DNA from: a virus | DNA length: 40,172 nucleotides | Strand: one strand, 5' to 3' | UHGV virus genome: UHGV-0207031 | Part shown: one piece after another, positions 1 through 7,854 of the stretch | Layout: each line of letters begins with the position of its first letter | How positions within the stretch are numbered: position 1 is the first letter of the stretch | The notes under the pieces: model-generated | Database searches by the model: none | Told to the model about the DNA's origin: nothing | What the model saw: only the letters and a program-made list of their open reading frames with translations | Made by a program: the position numbers and the translations under genes

Positions 1-9
1 ATTGGTGAT

Positions 10-714
10 ATGAAAACATTCGCAGATCGACTTAACGCGGCCATGAGTGCCGCTGGCATATCCCAGGGGCAGTTGGCTGAAAAAGTCGGCATATCCCAGC
101 CTGCAATTCAGAAAATGACTTCGGGCAAAACCGCAGGCAGCCGCAAGATGGTTGAGCTTGCCCATGCGTTGAACGTACGACCGGAGTGGCTAAGTTCTGG
201 GGTTGGATCAATGCAGGGTGAGTCACGCAAGGACTCTTCTATTCCACCTGAATCGGAATGGGGTAAGATTGACGCTTGGGATAGCAAAACGGATCTGCCA
301 GATGACGAGGTCGAAGTGCCATATCTGAAAGACATAGAACTTGCTTGTGGTGATGGTTCCTGCATTGACGATGACTACAACGGGTTCAAGCTTCGCTTTG
401 CGAAATCTACCCTGCGTAAAGTGGGGGCCCAAAAGGATAGCGTGCTTTGCTTCCCGGCATCCGGTAATAGCATGGAGCCAATGATCCCAGAGGGGACCAC
501 GGTAGCGATCAATACAAACGACAAAAAAATCGTTGATGGCAAGGTTTATGCGATCAGCCAGGACGGATGGAAGCGACTAAAATCCATTTACCGTGTTAGC
601 CCTACGCGCATTGTGATACGCAGCTTCAACTCTGACGAGTACCCTGATGAAGAGGCTGACATTGAAAACGTAGAGATACTCGGGCGCATGTTCTGGTCCT
701 CTACAATCTGGTGA
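10..714 (+). CDS. CI/C2-type prophage repressor (N-terminal XRE-type HTH, C-terminal LexA-like S24 autocleaving peptidase domain)
   Basis: 234-aa ORF. HTH segment GISQGQLAEKVGISQPAIQKM. S24 Ser motif GNSMEP and catalytic-Lys context DGWKRLK. Divergent from the cro-like gene at the window end and followed by an intrinsic terminator. Confidence 0.85.
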   Translation: MKTFADRLNAAMSAAGISQGQLAEKVGISQPAIQKMTSGKTAGSRKMVELAHALNVRPEWLSSGVGSMQGESRKDSSIPPESEWGKIDAWDSKTDLPDDEVEVPYLKDIELACGDGSCIDDDYNGFKLRFAKSTLRKVGAQKDSVLCFPASGNSMEPMIPEGTTVAINTNDKKIVDGKVYAISQDGWKRLKSIYRVSPTRIVIRSFNSDEYPDEEADIENVEILGRMFWSSTIW

Positions 715-740
715 TTAAACAAATAACCCTTCATAACCTA

Positions 741-763
741 ACCCGCTCCGGCGGGTTTTTTAT
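741..763 (+). terminator. Rho-independent terminator downstream of repressor gene
   Basis: acccgc-tccg-gcgggt stem-loop followed by ttttttatt. Confidence 0.6.
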
Positions 764-802
764 TACCTAAATCCTGCCAAACCCCATTCTTTACAAAATT
801 AA

Positions 803-888
803 ATTAATTTAGTTATCAGTCACATATAACTTTTGTGATGATAAATATAAATTAGGTTATTGCCATCAATCATAACTAAGGTTATCTT
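803..888 (+). promoter_or_regulatory. OL/PL region: operator ATAACtaagGTTAT (873-886, perfect) plus degenerate copies at 847-860, 826-839, 803-816; candidate PL -35 TTGCCA (860-865) / -10 TATCTT (883-888)
   Basis: Same 14-bp dyad ATAAC-N4-GTTAT as the three sites at 40108-40170. The operator overlaps the spacer/-10 of a sigma70-like promoter pointing into the early-left operon. Confidence 0.5.
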
Positions 889-1054
889 TAACCCATCAAA
901 ACAACACAGCGTTTTGGTCAGTCGAACGGCGCGACAGTAAACCCTGCGTCGGGAGCGCGGCGGGTTCAGGATGAACGGCAATGCTGCTCACAAGAGAATT
1001 ACAGATCGCTTTTGCGAGAGCGATGCGTAATTCAATCCTAACTAGGAAATATTC

Positions 1055-1147
1055 ATGAAAAACGTAGACGTGGTTCATCTGATAGGCGGCATCTTGATTA
1101 CTACACCATTAGCCCTGGTAATCCTGCGGTTCACAGTATTTTTCTGA
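1055..1147 (+). CDS. 30-aa hydrophobic peptide (MKNVDVVHLIGGILITTPLALVILRFTVFF), first ORF of early-left operon
   Basis: ATG preceded by AGGAAA 7 nt upstream. Single predicted transmembrane helix. Too short for the ORF track. Confidence 0.35.
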   Translation: MKNVDVVHLIGGILITTPLALVILRFTVFF

Positions 1148-1186
1148 TTAATAGCTGAAAGCATTCCTGCTTTCTTGAGGTGGCCC

Positions 1187-1366
1187 ATGAAGAACAGCAT
1201 CAAGTGCCCGGTATGCGGTCGTGACTTCGATCCGAGGATTCCGACCTGCCACATCAGCAGATATCACCAGGCCGCTAAGAATTGCGAGCTGGAGAAGATA
1301 CGCGATGCACGTCGGCAGCATTACGCGGCAGGTAATCAGTCCGCTAAATATTACCGCGCAATTTGA
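1187..1366 (+). CDS. small zinc-finger-like protein (C-x2-C-x12-H-x4-H)
   Basis: ATG at 1187 with GAGGTGG upstream. CPVCGRDFDPRIPTCHISRYH motif. Confidence 0.5.
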   Translation: MKNSIKCPVCGRDFDPRIPTCHISRYHQAAKNCELEKIRDARRQHYAAGNQSAKYYRAI

Positions 1367-1663
1367 AAGTTCCCGGCTAGCCGCTGCCACCCCACACAGA
1401 CGCGGCATACATCATCGGCGGAGTTATGTAACAGGTAACAGTGACGACTGAAAACCAACATTCAGCCCCGGTTTGTGCCGGGGCACACAATGGAATGTTT
1501 TGGGATTGGATGAATGCGCAGGCTGATGCGCGACCGATGTATAAACAGCGCTCATGGCAAGCAGTAACCAGTCTGCGCCTCAAGACAGAGTCACTGGTGG
1601 TGCGGGCGCTCCAACCAGTAAGCCGGAGATCAGCACCGGCCATCCAATCACCAAAGCATTTCA

Positions 1664-1685
1664 ACCAGCTCCCCAGGGGCTGACG
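1664..1685 (+). repeat. 22-bp perfect direct repeat copy 1 (ACCAGCTCCCCAGGGGCTGACG)
   Basis: Identical 22-mer recurs at 1899-1920. Each copy sits 25-35 bp upstream of an ATG. Confidence 0.9.
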
Positions 1686-1709
1686 TTAAGAACAACTTTC
1701 AACAAGGGT

Positions 1710-1880
1710 ATGACGATGTCCATAAATCAATCTTTTGCCAAAGAGTGTCGAGAAGAAGTTCGGTACTACCGTGAGCGGGCAGCGAATGCCAAGCGTAACG
1801 GCTGGGAGTGCTCTCGTGTCACTTACATCAAGTGCGCTCTTTTCAACCGCGCCAACGCCCGTAAATGGGCTTCGATGTGA
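1710..1880 (+). CDS. hypothetical small basic protein (56 aa); the frame is open from 1554, so the N-terminus may be longer
   Basis: ATG 1710 follows repeat copy 1. The upstream in-frame stretch is low-complexity S/A/P/G-rich. Confidence 0.4.
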   Translation: MTMSINQSFAKECREEVRYYRERAANAKRNGWECSRVTYIKCALFNRANARKWASM

Positions 1881-1898
1881 AACAGGTTAAGTTTTAAT

Positions 1899-1920
1899 AC
1901 CAGCTCCCCAGGGGCTGACG
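1899..1920 (+). repeat. 22-bp perfect direct repeat copy 2
   Basis: Identical to 1664-1685. Followed by RBS AGAGAGG and ATG 1943. Confidence 0.9.
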
Positions 1921-1942
1921 GTAAACAAACAGAGAGGTGGGT

Positions 1943-2308
1943 ATGGGGAACGTAAAAAGCTATACGGTCGATTACGACTGGAAGGCTGAGCTAAAGGTTG
2001 AGATAGACCACGACATCGTAACGGACGACGCACTTCGTGAAATAAACGAATTTTGGAGTAACCACGAGTGGCGTGAAAGCAACCATGGTCTTCTTAACGC
2101 AGTTTTGATCATGTTGGCAAGGCATGTGATGCCAATGGCGTATGAGCTTGGATACAACGCTCATGGCATTCGATCCCTGTTCGATTGGGATAAGGGTAAC
2201 GGTCAAGAGGGGTGGCCTCCGATGGATGGCACGCAAGGCATCAAGATAACGTCAATCGATGTCGATGGCGTGTTTGATGAAGACGATTTCACTGTTAAGG
2301 CCGCCTAA
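1943..2308 (+). CDS. hypothetical early protein (122 aa)
   Basis: ATG with AGAGAGG RBS. Ends inside the loop of an intrinsic terminator. Confidence 0.6.
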   Translation: MGNVKSYTVDYDWKAELKVEIDHDIVTDDALREINEFWSNHEWRESNHGLLNAVLIMLARHVMPMAYELGYNAHGIRSLFDWDKGNGQEGWPPMDGTQGIKITSIDVDGVFDEDDFTVKAA

Positions 2309-2322
2309 CAAGCGGCTTTTTT
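2300..2322 (+). terminator. Rho-independent terminator (gccgc-ctaacaa-gcggc-tttttt)
   Basis: Stem-loop plus T6. The stop codon of the upstream gene lies in the loop. Near-identical cassette at 2611-2633. Confidence 0.65.
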
Positions 2323-2348
2323 ACAGGGTAACTACAGAGGGTAAGGCG

Positions 2349-2435
2349 ATGGAAGACGAAATTGAAGAGTTTGACGAGCATCCGCAGGATGACATGAGCC
2401 AGTACCAGGATTATCCCTATGAATACGACTACTGA
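2349..2435 (+). CDS. 28-aa highly acidic peptide (MEDEIEEFDEHPQDDMSQYQDYPYEYDY)
   Basis: GAGGG RBS before the ATG. Strongly acidic, Tyr-rich. Overlaps the start of the next ORF. Confidence 0.25.
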   Translation: MEDEIEEFDEHPQDDMSQYQDYPYEYDY

Positions 2436-2619
2436 CACCAATCAGTGGTGTAGCCAGTTCCCAAAATGTAAAGGGTGCAAGCTTGATGCAGAGTGCATGG
2501 TGAAACCAGAGGAAATGTCTCTGGTGAGAGAGAATGGAAAGATTGTCGATCGATGGGCAATACGGACAACCGCCATGATTGCAAGAGAGCTTGAAAATCA
2601 GAAAAACAGAGCCGCTTAA
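2419..2619 (+). CDS. small Cys-rich protein (66 aa, C-x5-C-x2-C-x5-C)
   Basis: ORF ends in the loop of the terminator at 2611-2633. Confidence 0.5.
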   Translation: MNTTTDTNQWCSQFPKCKGCKLDAECMVKPEEMSLVRENGKIVDRWAIRTTAMIARELENQKNRAA

Positions 2620-2633
2620 CCAGCGGCTTTTTT
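2611..2633 (+). terminator. Rho-independent terminator (gccgc-ttaacca-gcggc-tttttt)
   Basis: Stem-loop plus T6. Homologous to the 2300-2322 cassette. Confidence 0.65.
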
Positions 2634-2765
2634 CATACCAAAACGGGTTCAAAGAGCCTGTTTCGTTATGACAACCGGCGGCCATCCACCGCCAGCATAT
2701 TTTCGCACAAGCGCAGAAGTCTTGTATTAACCGTTCCGTTCGCCGCGATAAGGCCAAGAGGATTT

Positions 2766-3011
2766 ATGGGTAAGAAAAACGATGGTGGCTTCGCCTTCCC
2801 TATGGAAGCGACAGATGCCACAGCATGGAAGGATTGCAATCAGGGAATGACGCTACGCGACTACTTCGCGGCTAGGGCTATGGCCGCCATTGTGCGCAGA
2901 TGGGACGGGCATTCATTTGGTGGCGGCCCGCAATCACCACAATACAAAGAATTAGCCGAAGATGCGTATTACATTGCCGACGCAATGCTCCGCGCCAGGG
3001 AGGCATCATGA
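2766..3011 (+). CDS. hypothetical early protein (81 aa)
   Basis: AAGAGGA RBS. ATGA overlap with the next ORF. Confidence 0.6.
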   Translation: MGKKNDGGFAFPMEATDATAWKDCNQGMTLRDYFAARAMAAIVRRWDGHSFGGGPQSPQYKELAEDAYYIADAMLRAREAS

Positions 3012-3166
3012 CAGTAACCCACAACGGCAAGCAGTACCACGCATCAAAACTCAACGACAACGAGTGGCAACTCTCATCAGTCGATAAACCTCGCGAGAAA
3101 ATCACAATGAACCGCTGGCAGATGGATTTAGCCGGTTTATTGCAGCAGGTGGAGAGTAAATCATGA
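3008..3166 (+). CDS. hypothetical small protein (52 aa)
   Basis: ATGA start/stop overlaps at both ends (translational coupling). Confidence 0.45.
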   Translation: MTVTHNGKQYHASKLNDNEWQLSSVDKPREKITMNRWQMDLAGLLQQVESKS

Positions 3167-3297
3167 TTAATCACAACATGCTTCGTGCAGCTCAGAACAA
3201 AGCGCTAATCGCCAGATTCATAGGTGATTCGGTGATGTGGATGTCGGCCTACAACGATATGAAGGCGGCAATTGGTTTTCCGTGGCACAGGAAATGA
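3163..3297 (+). CDS. hypothetical small protein (44 aa)
   Basis: Translationally coupled chain. Below the ORF-track length cut-off. Confidence 0.35.
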   Translation: MINHNMLRAAQNKALIARFIGDSVMWMSAYNDMKAAIGFPWHRK

Positions 3298-3299
3298 TT

Positions 3300-3602
3300 A
3301 TGGACCCATTATCTGAATGGCTTACCAGTGGTGAATATCTACCGCACTTCATGCGTGACTTTCACGACCAGAAAGACGTGTTCAAAGCCATGCACAACAC
3401 AATTCATAACGCCAACGATAACGGCAATGCGCGGGATGGTCATATCTATGTGGTTGATACCTTCCTTTGGTATATGGCCCGCTGCGGATACACGCTGCAA
3501 AAATCACGGAAAAACGTCACATTCAAAGATATGCAAGCTGATATTGACCGCTTCAAAAGAGAAATGACCGATGCTTTTTCCAAGATGCTTTCTGATAAGT
3601 AA
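3300..3602 (+). CDS. hypothetical early protein (100 aa)
   Basis: ATG immediately after the previous stop. Sits in the abc/gam-like position of a P22-type recombination module. Confidence 0.55.
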   Translation: MDPLSEWLTSGEYLPHFMRDFHDQKDVFKAMHNTIHNANDNGNARDGHIYVVDTFLWYMARCGYTLQKSRKNVTFKDMQADIDRFKREMTDAFSKMLSDK

Positions 3603-3679
3603 ATACTAAATTCCCCCACTCCCCCTACTCGTCCGGCTATCGCAGACGGGAAGCGCACAACCAAATTTCAGGAGAGACC

Positions 3680-4651
3680 ATGAGCGAAGTAACTGATTTA
3701 GTCGTTATCGAAAAATCGAGCGCAATGGCTGTATTCACCAATAACGAGCAGCTCGATCCAATCATTGAAAAAATCGAGAAAGAAGCTCGTAGCCTGGTAC
3801 CGGATGTATCCACCAAGAAAGGTCGTGATGCTATCGCGTCAATGGCTCACAAGGTTGCGCGTTCAAAAACGTATATCGACAACGCCGGTAAAGACCTGGT
3901 AGCTGAACTTAAAGCACTGCCAAAACAGATTGATGAGAGTCGCCGCATTGTTCGTGAACGCCTGGACGCGCTGAAAGATGAAGTGCGCCGACCGCTAACA
4001 GAGTGGGAGGCAGAACAGGAACGAATTAAGGCAGAGGAAGCAGCCAAGATTAAAGCCGAGGAAGACCGGAAGAAATTCGAATCCGATCATGAAATTGCTT
4101 TGCTGATGAACGACGCATTCGACCGTGAACTGGCAGAGAAGAAAGCGGAAGCAGAACGTCAGCGCATTGCTCATGAAGAAGAGTTAAAGCGTCAGGCAGC
4201 AGAACAGGCCAAGCGCGAAGCAGAAGAGAAAGCAGCGGCTGAACTTGCGGCAGCGAAGAAGCGTGAAGAGGATGCGATTGCAGCAAAAGCTCAGGCTGAA
4301 TTACTGGCTAAGCAAGCTCAGGACCGCGCAGAGCAGGAAGCTAAAGACGCCGCAGCGAAAGCTGAAGCAGAGAAGAAAGCAGCCATTGAAGCGGAACAGC
4401 GTAAAGCTCAGGAAGAAGCAGAGCGCATCAAGCGTGAGGATGAAGCGAAAGAAGCCGCCCGTCTGGCAGAAGAGAAACGCATCGCTGACGAAAAAGCAAA
4501 GCGTGAAGCTGACGTTAAGCACCGCAAGGCCGTTGGAACTGACATCGTTAACGCACTCACCGCTAATACCAGCATCTCACGTGACCAGGCTATTGAAGTC
4601 CTGAAAGCGCTGATGGATGGCCTGGTGCCGAGAACACAAATTAACTACTGA
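3680..4651 (+). CDS. hypothetical protein with long Ala/Glu/Lys-rich coiled-coil low-complexity core (323 aa)
   Basis: CAGGAGAGACC RBS. Conserved-looking N- and C-terminal ends around an AEEAAKIKAEE-type repeat core. Directly upstream of erf. Confidence 0.7.
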   Translation: MSEVTDLVVIEKSSAMAVFTNNEQLDPIIEKIEKEARSLVPDVSTKKGRDAIASMAHKVARSKTYIDNAGKDLVAELKALPKQIDESRRIVRERLDALKDEVRRPLTEWEAEQERIKAEEAAKIKAEEDRKKFESDHEIALLMNDAFDRELAEKKAEAERQRIAHEEELKRQAAEQAKREAEEKAAAELAAAKKREEDAIAAKAQAELLAKQAQDRAEQEAKDAAAKAEAEKKAAIEAEQRKAQEEAERIKREDEAKEAARLAEEKRIADEKAKREADVKHRKAVGTDIVNALTANTSISRDQAIEVLKALMDGLVPRTQINY

Positions 4652-4659
4652 GGTGAAAG

Positions 4660-4848
4660 ATGATCCCAGTTGATTTAGCAACAACACCAGAACTCAGTCG
4701 CATTAAGCGCCAGTACCACGTTACAGAGGCGCTCTACTGGCGTAAGTCAGGCAACAAGTCGATGAAAAGCTTCTGCCTGTCTATGGCTAAACGTGAGCGC
4801 ATGAATAAATGCGAGTTCCTGGCTAACCCTTCCGAACTTCCATTCTGA
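4660..4848 (+). CDS. hypothetical small protein (62 aa), Arf/Kil-position gene upstream of erf
   Basis: AGGTGAAAG RBS. Position immediately upstream of erf. Confidence 0.55.
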   Translation: MIPVDLATTPELSRIKRQYHVTEALYWRKSGNKSMKSFCLSMAKRERMNKCEFLANPSELPF

Positions 4849-4855
4849 GGTGATT

Positions 4856-5464
4856 ATGAGCGCCACATTTTATGAGCGACTGGCATCCATCCAGGAGCAT
4901 CTGAATGCGCCAAAGAATCAGTACAACTCCTTCGGTAAATACAAATACCGCAGTTGCGAGGACATCCTCGAAGGAGTTAAGCCGCTACTGAAAGGGCTTT
5001 TCCTGTCGATTAGCGATGAAATCGTGCTGATTGGCGATCGGTATTACGTCAAGGCCACGGCGACAATCACTGACGGTGAAAATAGGCACACAGCAACCGC
5101 TATGGCGCGAGAAGAAGAAAGCAAGAAAGGTATGGATTCCGCTCAGGTTACTGGCGCTACAAGCTCTTACGCTCGCAAATATTGCCTTAACGGATTGTTC
5201 GGCATTGATGACTCCAAAGATGCTGATACTGATGAGCACAAACATCAGCAGAATTCCGCGCCAGCTAGACAATCAAAACCATCCCCTACTCCTGAGCAGA
5301 TCTTGAAAGCATTCACTGATGCCGCAGCAAAAAAGACATCAGTCGATGAGCTTAAACAGGCGTTCGCTAAAGCATGGAAAATGCTCGAAGGTACTGATGA
5401 GCAACAGAAAGCTCAGGACGTTTACAACATTCGAAAAGATGAACTTGAAGGAGTTATCGCTTAA
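4856..5464 (+). CDS. erf: Erf-family single-strand annealing (essential recombination function) protein
   Basis: N-terminal half (YERLASIQEHLNAPKNQYNSFGKYKYRSCEDILEGVKPLLKGLFLSISDEIVLIGDRYYVKATATITDGEN) is near-identical to P22 Erf as remembered. Translationally coupled to ssb. Confidence 0.9.
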   Translation: MSATFYERLASIQEHLNAPKNQYNSFGKYKYRSCEDILEGVKPLLKGLFLSISDEIVLIGDRYYVKATATITDGENRHTATAMAREEESKKGMDSAQVTGATSSYARKYCLNGLFGIDDSKDADTDEHKHQQNSAPARQSKPSPTPEQILKAFTDAAAKKTSVDELKQAFAKAWKMLEGTDEQQKAQDVYNIRKDELEGVIA

Positions 5465-5841
5465 TGGCGCATTCAATAACAGTACGCTTAAACAAAGCAG
5501 CACGTGAGTTTCAGGCGGGTGAAAACATAGGATTTAATATCCGCGCAGGTGTTCAGTATTACGATCGCCAGAGCAAGCAAAAAGAATGGACTAACTACAG
5601 CGCCGCCGTTTTTGCAAAGCCTGGTGCACAAGCTGACTACTACCGAAATGTTCTGGTTGAAGGTGGAATCGTTGAAATCACCGGAGAGAATATCAAGGTG
5701 GATGTTTACCAGGGGCAGAACGGTCAATCTATCACTCTCGAACTGTTAAACGCTCGCATTGGGTTCGCCACATCAGGAAATAACCAGCAACCATCCAACA
5801 ACCAACCATCTCAGCAATTCGACGATTCGATCCCGTTCTGA
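5464..5841 (+). CDS. ssb: phage single-stranded DNA-binding protein
   Basis: OB-fold-like N-terminus. Gln/Asn/Pro-rich linker. Acidic C-terminal tail DDSIPF. Confidence 0.85.
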   Translation: MAHSITVRLNKAAREFQAGENIGFNIRAGVQYYDRQSKQKEWTNYSAAVFAKPGAQADYYRNVLVEGGIVEITGENIKVDVYQGQNGQSITLELLNARIGFATSGNNQQPSNNQPSQQFDDSIPF

Positions 5842-5864
5842 TTTAACTCAACAAGGAATTAGCC

Positions 5865-6149
5865 ATGCCATCACCTCTTCATGGGGCGGGATATCTGCGC
5901 CCACCAAAGCGATCCGGCACTAAAGAAGAGGTGCTGGCACGTTGTTTTGCAGCTATTGCTAATGACGATTTCCAGAAGCCGACCATGGAAGACAGGCTTC
6001 AGGAATTGCACGAAAAGGAAGTCTGGTACGCCAACTTAGAAGCGTCATTCAGGCCGGGATGGATGGTTGTTGGACCTGTAGAGCCTGATTACGTTGATGA
6101 TCGTATGCGTAAGTATCGTGGTCGTTACGGGGAGGTACGAAGTGACTGA
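5865..6149 (+). CDS. hypothetical protein (94 aa)
   Basis: RBS AAGGAAT. Its stop overlaps the GTG start of the methylase. Confidence 0.6.
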   Translation: MPSPLHGAGYLRPPKRSGTKEEVLARCFAAIANDDFQKPTMEDRLQELHEKEVWYANLEASFRPGWMVVGPVEPDYVDDRMRKYRGRYGEVRSD

Positions 6150-6693
6150 TTATACCGGCAGCAACACGCCAGCGGATCAGCGTGATTTGTGGCGCACACC
6201 ACCGGCACTCTTCACCGCGCTGGATGCTGAGTTCTGCTTTCAACTGGACGCGGCCGCCGCGCCGCACAATACATTGTGTCGAAAGTTCATCACCGCCGAG
6301 CAGAACACGCTGGAAACCCCGTGGACTGATTACCTAATCATTCCCGGCTACGTCTGGCTGAACCCGCCATACAGCGATATCACACCGTTCGTGAAGAAAG
6401 CAGCAGCGGAGAGAAAAAACCAGATCGGCACCGTCATGCTGGTTCCGGCTGATACTTCGGTTGGCTGGTTCAAGGAAGCTATCCAGACCGCCAGCGAGGT
6501 TCGCTTCATCACAGCCGGGAGGCTGGCATTTATCAACCCGGTCACCGGTAAGCCGGTCTCGGGAAATAGCAAAGGCTCGATGCTCATCATCTGGCGACCG
6601 TACCCGCGTACACACTGCCACTTCGCAACTGTGGAACGGGACGAGTTAATGACTTTCGGGGCGAAACTTCTCGCCCGCCGGGAGGCGGCATGA
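6142..6693 (+). CDS. phage orphan DNA N6-adenine methyltransferase (Dam-like)
   Basis: NPPY motif (LNPPYS) plus a WRTPP motif. GTG start overlapping the upstream stop (GTGACTGA). Confidence 0.8.
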   Translation: MTDYTGSNTPADQRDLWRTPPALFTALDAEFCFQLDAAAAPHNTLCRKFITAEQNTLETPWTDYLIIPGYVWLNPPYSDITPFVKKAAAERKNQIGTVMLVPADTSVGWFKEAIQTASEVRFITAGRLAFINPVTGKPVSGNSKGSMLIIWRPYPRTHCHFATVERDELMTFGAKLLARREAA

Positions 6694-6714
6694 CGCTAAC
6701 CAAACGAATCACAA

Positions 6715-6739
6715 GGTCGCTATCGCGGCCTTTTTTATT
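6715..6739 (+). terminator. Rho-independent terminator after methylase gene
   Basis: ggtcgc-tatc-gcggcc followed by ttttttatt. Confidence 0.6.
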
Positions 6740-6790
6740 GCTGGCGTTCACCTTCAACCGAATTAACCGACAGTTCATGGAGCATTGATT

Positions 6791-7063
6791 ATGAGCGAAA
6801 AATTACTAATTGAACTTGGCGATAAGTACGTCGTCACCGGGTCTGCACATGACCTGATTCTTAACGAGAAGAAGATTTCCAAGGAAGGAAAAAACGCCGG
6901 TCAGGAAGTGCTTTCTCGCCTTGGTTACTACAGCAAGTTTGAGCATCTGGTGCGAGAACTAATGCACAAAGAAATCCTGGAATCTGAAGCTCAGACACTC
7001 ACTGAATTACGCGACCACATTTATCAACTCAGCGAGAGGCTGGGTAAGGCTGTTGGGCTATGA
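6791..7063 (+). CDS. hypothetical protein (90 aa)
   Basis: ATG with GGAG upstream. ATGA overlap with the next gene. Confidence 0.55.
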   Translation: MSEKLLIELGDKYVVTGSAHDLILNEKKISKEGKNAGQEVLSRLGYYSKFEHLVRELMHKEILESEAQTLTELRDHIYQLSERLGKAVGL

Positions 7064-7281
7064 CATCAGAAATCATCGATCAGGCCAGCGCTCTCGAAGA
7101 GATGATGCGCGACCATGCTATTCAGTCTCACAGACTCAACCACTCAGCAGTATCAGCAACGCACTGTGAGGAATGCGGCGATCGCCTCAGTAACGAGCGC
7201 CGGAAAGCGTACCCGGGATGCACGATGTGTGTCGAGTGCCAAGGTGAGATGGAATTGCGTAAGAAGATTGGGAGGATGTGA
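7060..7281 (+). CDS. TraR/DksA-family C4 zinc-finger protein
   Basis: C-x2-C-x17-C-x2-C motif (CEECGDRLSNERRKAYPGCTMCVECQ) typical of phage TraR/DksA-like proteins. Confidence 0.75.
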   Translation: MTSEIIDQASALEEMMRDHAIQSHRLNHSAVSATHCEECGDRLSNERRKAYPGCTMCVECQGEMELRKKIGRM

Positions 7282-7628
7282 TGGATTACAGCAAGCTGAG
7301 TGATGGTGAGATTAGCGTCAGGCTGGCATATTTCCTCAAGCCAAAATACAGCGCCACCATTCACCCACATGAAACTACCGGAGCCAATCTGTCATGGAAC
7401 TGGTTCAACACAGTACAGAACACCGGTTATTTCCCGCTGCGTCGTGCTGAAGAGCTTTTCCCGGTAATGAAGAAACGCCGGATCGGACTTACGCCATCAG
7501 GTAAGACGGTATGGCAGGCATCACACGAATCGGGAATTAGTGTCATCCATCGTAACCCACTTCGCGCCGTGGAAATCGTCTTCCTTCTTTTGCAGGATTC
7601 AGCCAATGTTCAGGATAATACAGCCTAA
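7281..7628 (+). CDS. hypothetical phage protein (115 aa)
   Basis: TGATG overlap with the upstream gene. Confidence 0.55.
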   Translation: MDYSKLSDGEISVRLAYFLKPKYSATIHPHETTGANLSWNWFNTVQNTGYFPLRRAEELFPVMKKRRIGLTPSGKTVWQASHESGISVIHRNPLRAVEIVFLLLQDSANVQDNTA

Positions 7629-7845
7629 TACCTGGTACGCCGACCTTCATGGCGCACCCTGCAAAATCATCCGCGCCACTCACGAAGTTATCCACTACAT
7701 CCGCAACGGTCGCACCTGCATTGCCAGTATGGGCCGCTTTCAAGCAGAGTTCGAACCTCTTACTAAAGCACAGGCCGAGCGGATCGCCGAAGAAATCGAA
7801 ACAGCAGAACACTTAAAACGCCTCCGCGCTATGCGGGCGGCATGA
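7606..7845 (+). CDS. hypothetical small phage protein (79 aa)
   Basis: ATG 7606 inside the tail of the previous ORF in another frame. C-terminal amphipathic helix. Confidence 0.45.
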   Translation: MFRIIQPNTWYADLHGAPCKIIRATHEVIHYIRNGRTCIASMGRFQAEFEPLTKAQAERIAEEIETAEHLKRLRAMRAA

Positions 7846-7854
7846 GGAGAGATT

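Noticed and set aside
1441-1683. 80-aa GTG-initiated ORF overlapping the 1554-1880 frame
   Set aside because: It overlaps another open frame and contains the 22-bp repeat that looks regulatory. The composition looks non-protein-like. Kept only as a possibility under the 1710-1880 feature.
1175-1880. Candidate N-type antiterminator among small early ORFs
   Set aside because: None of the ORFs has an Arg-rich N-terminal motif. No boxA/boxB-like pair was recognised upstream. Left as an open question rather than a call.
2332-2757. 141-aa minus-strand ORF spanning two plus-strand genes and two plus-strand terminators
   Set aside because: Opposite to the uniformly plus-strand early operon. Cys/Trp-rich, random-looking. 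No RBS.
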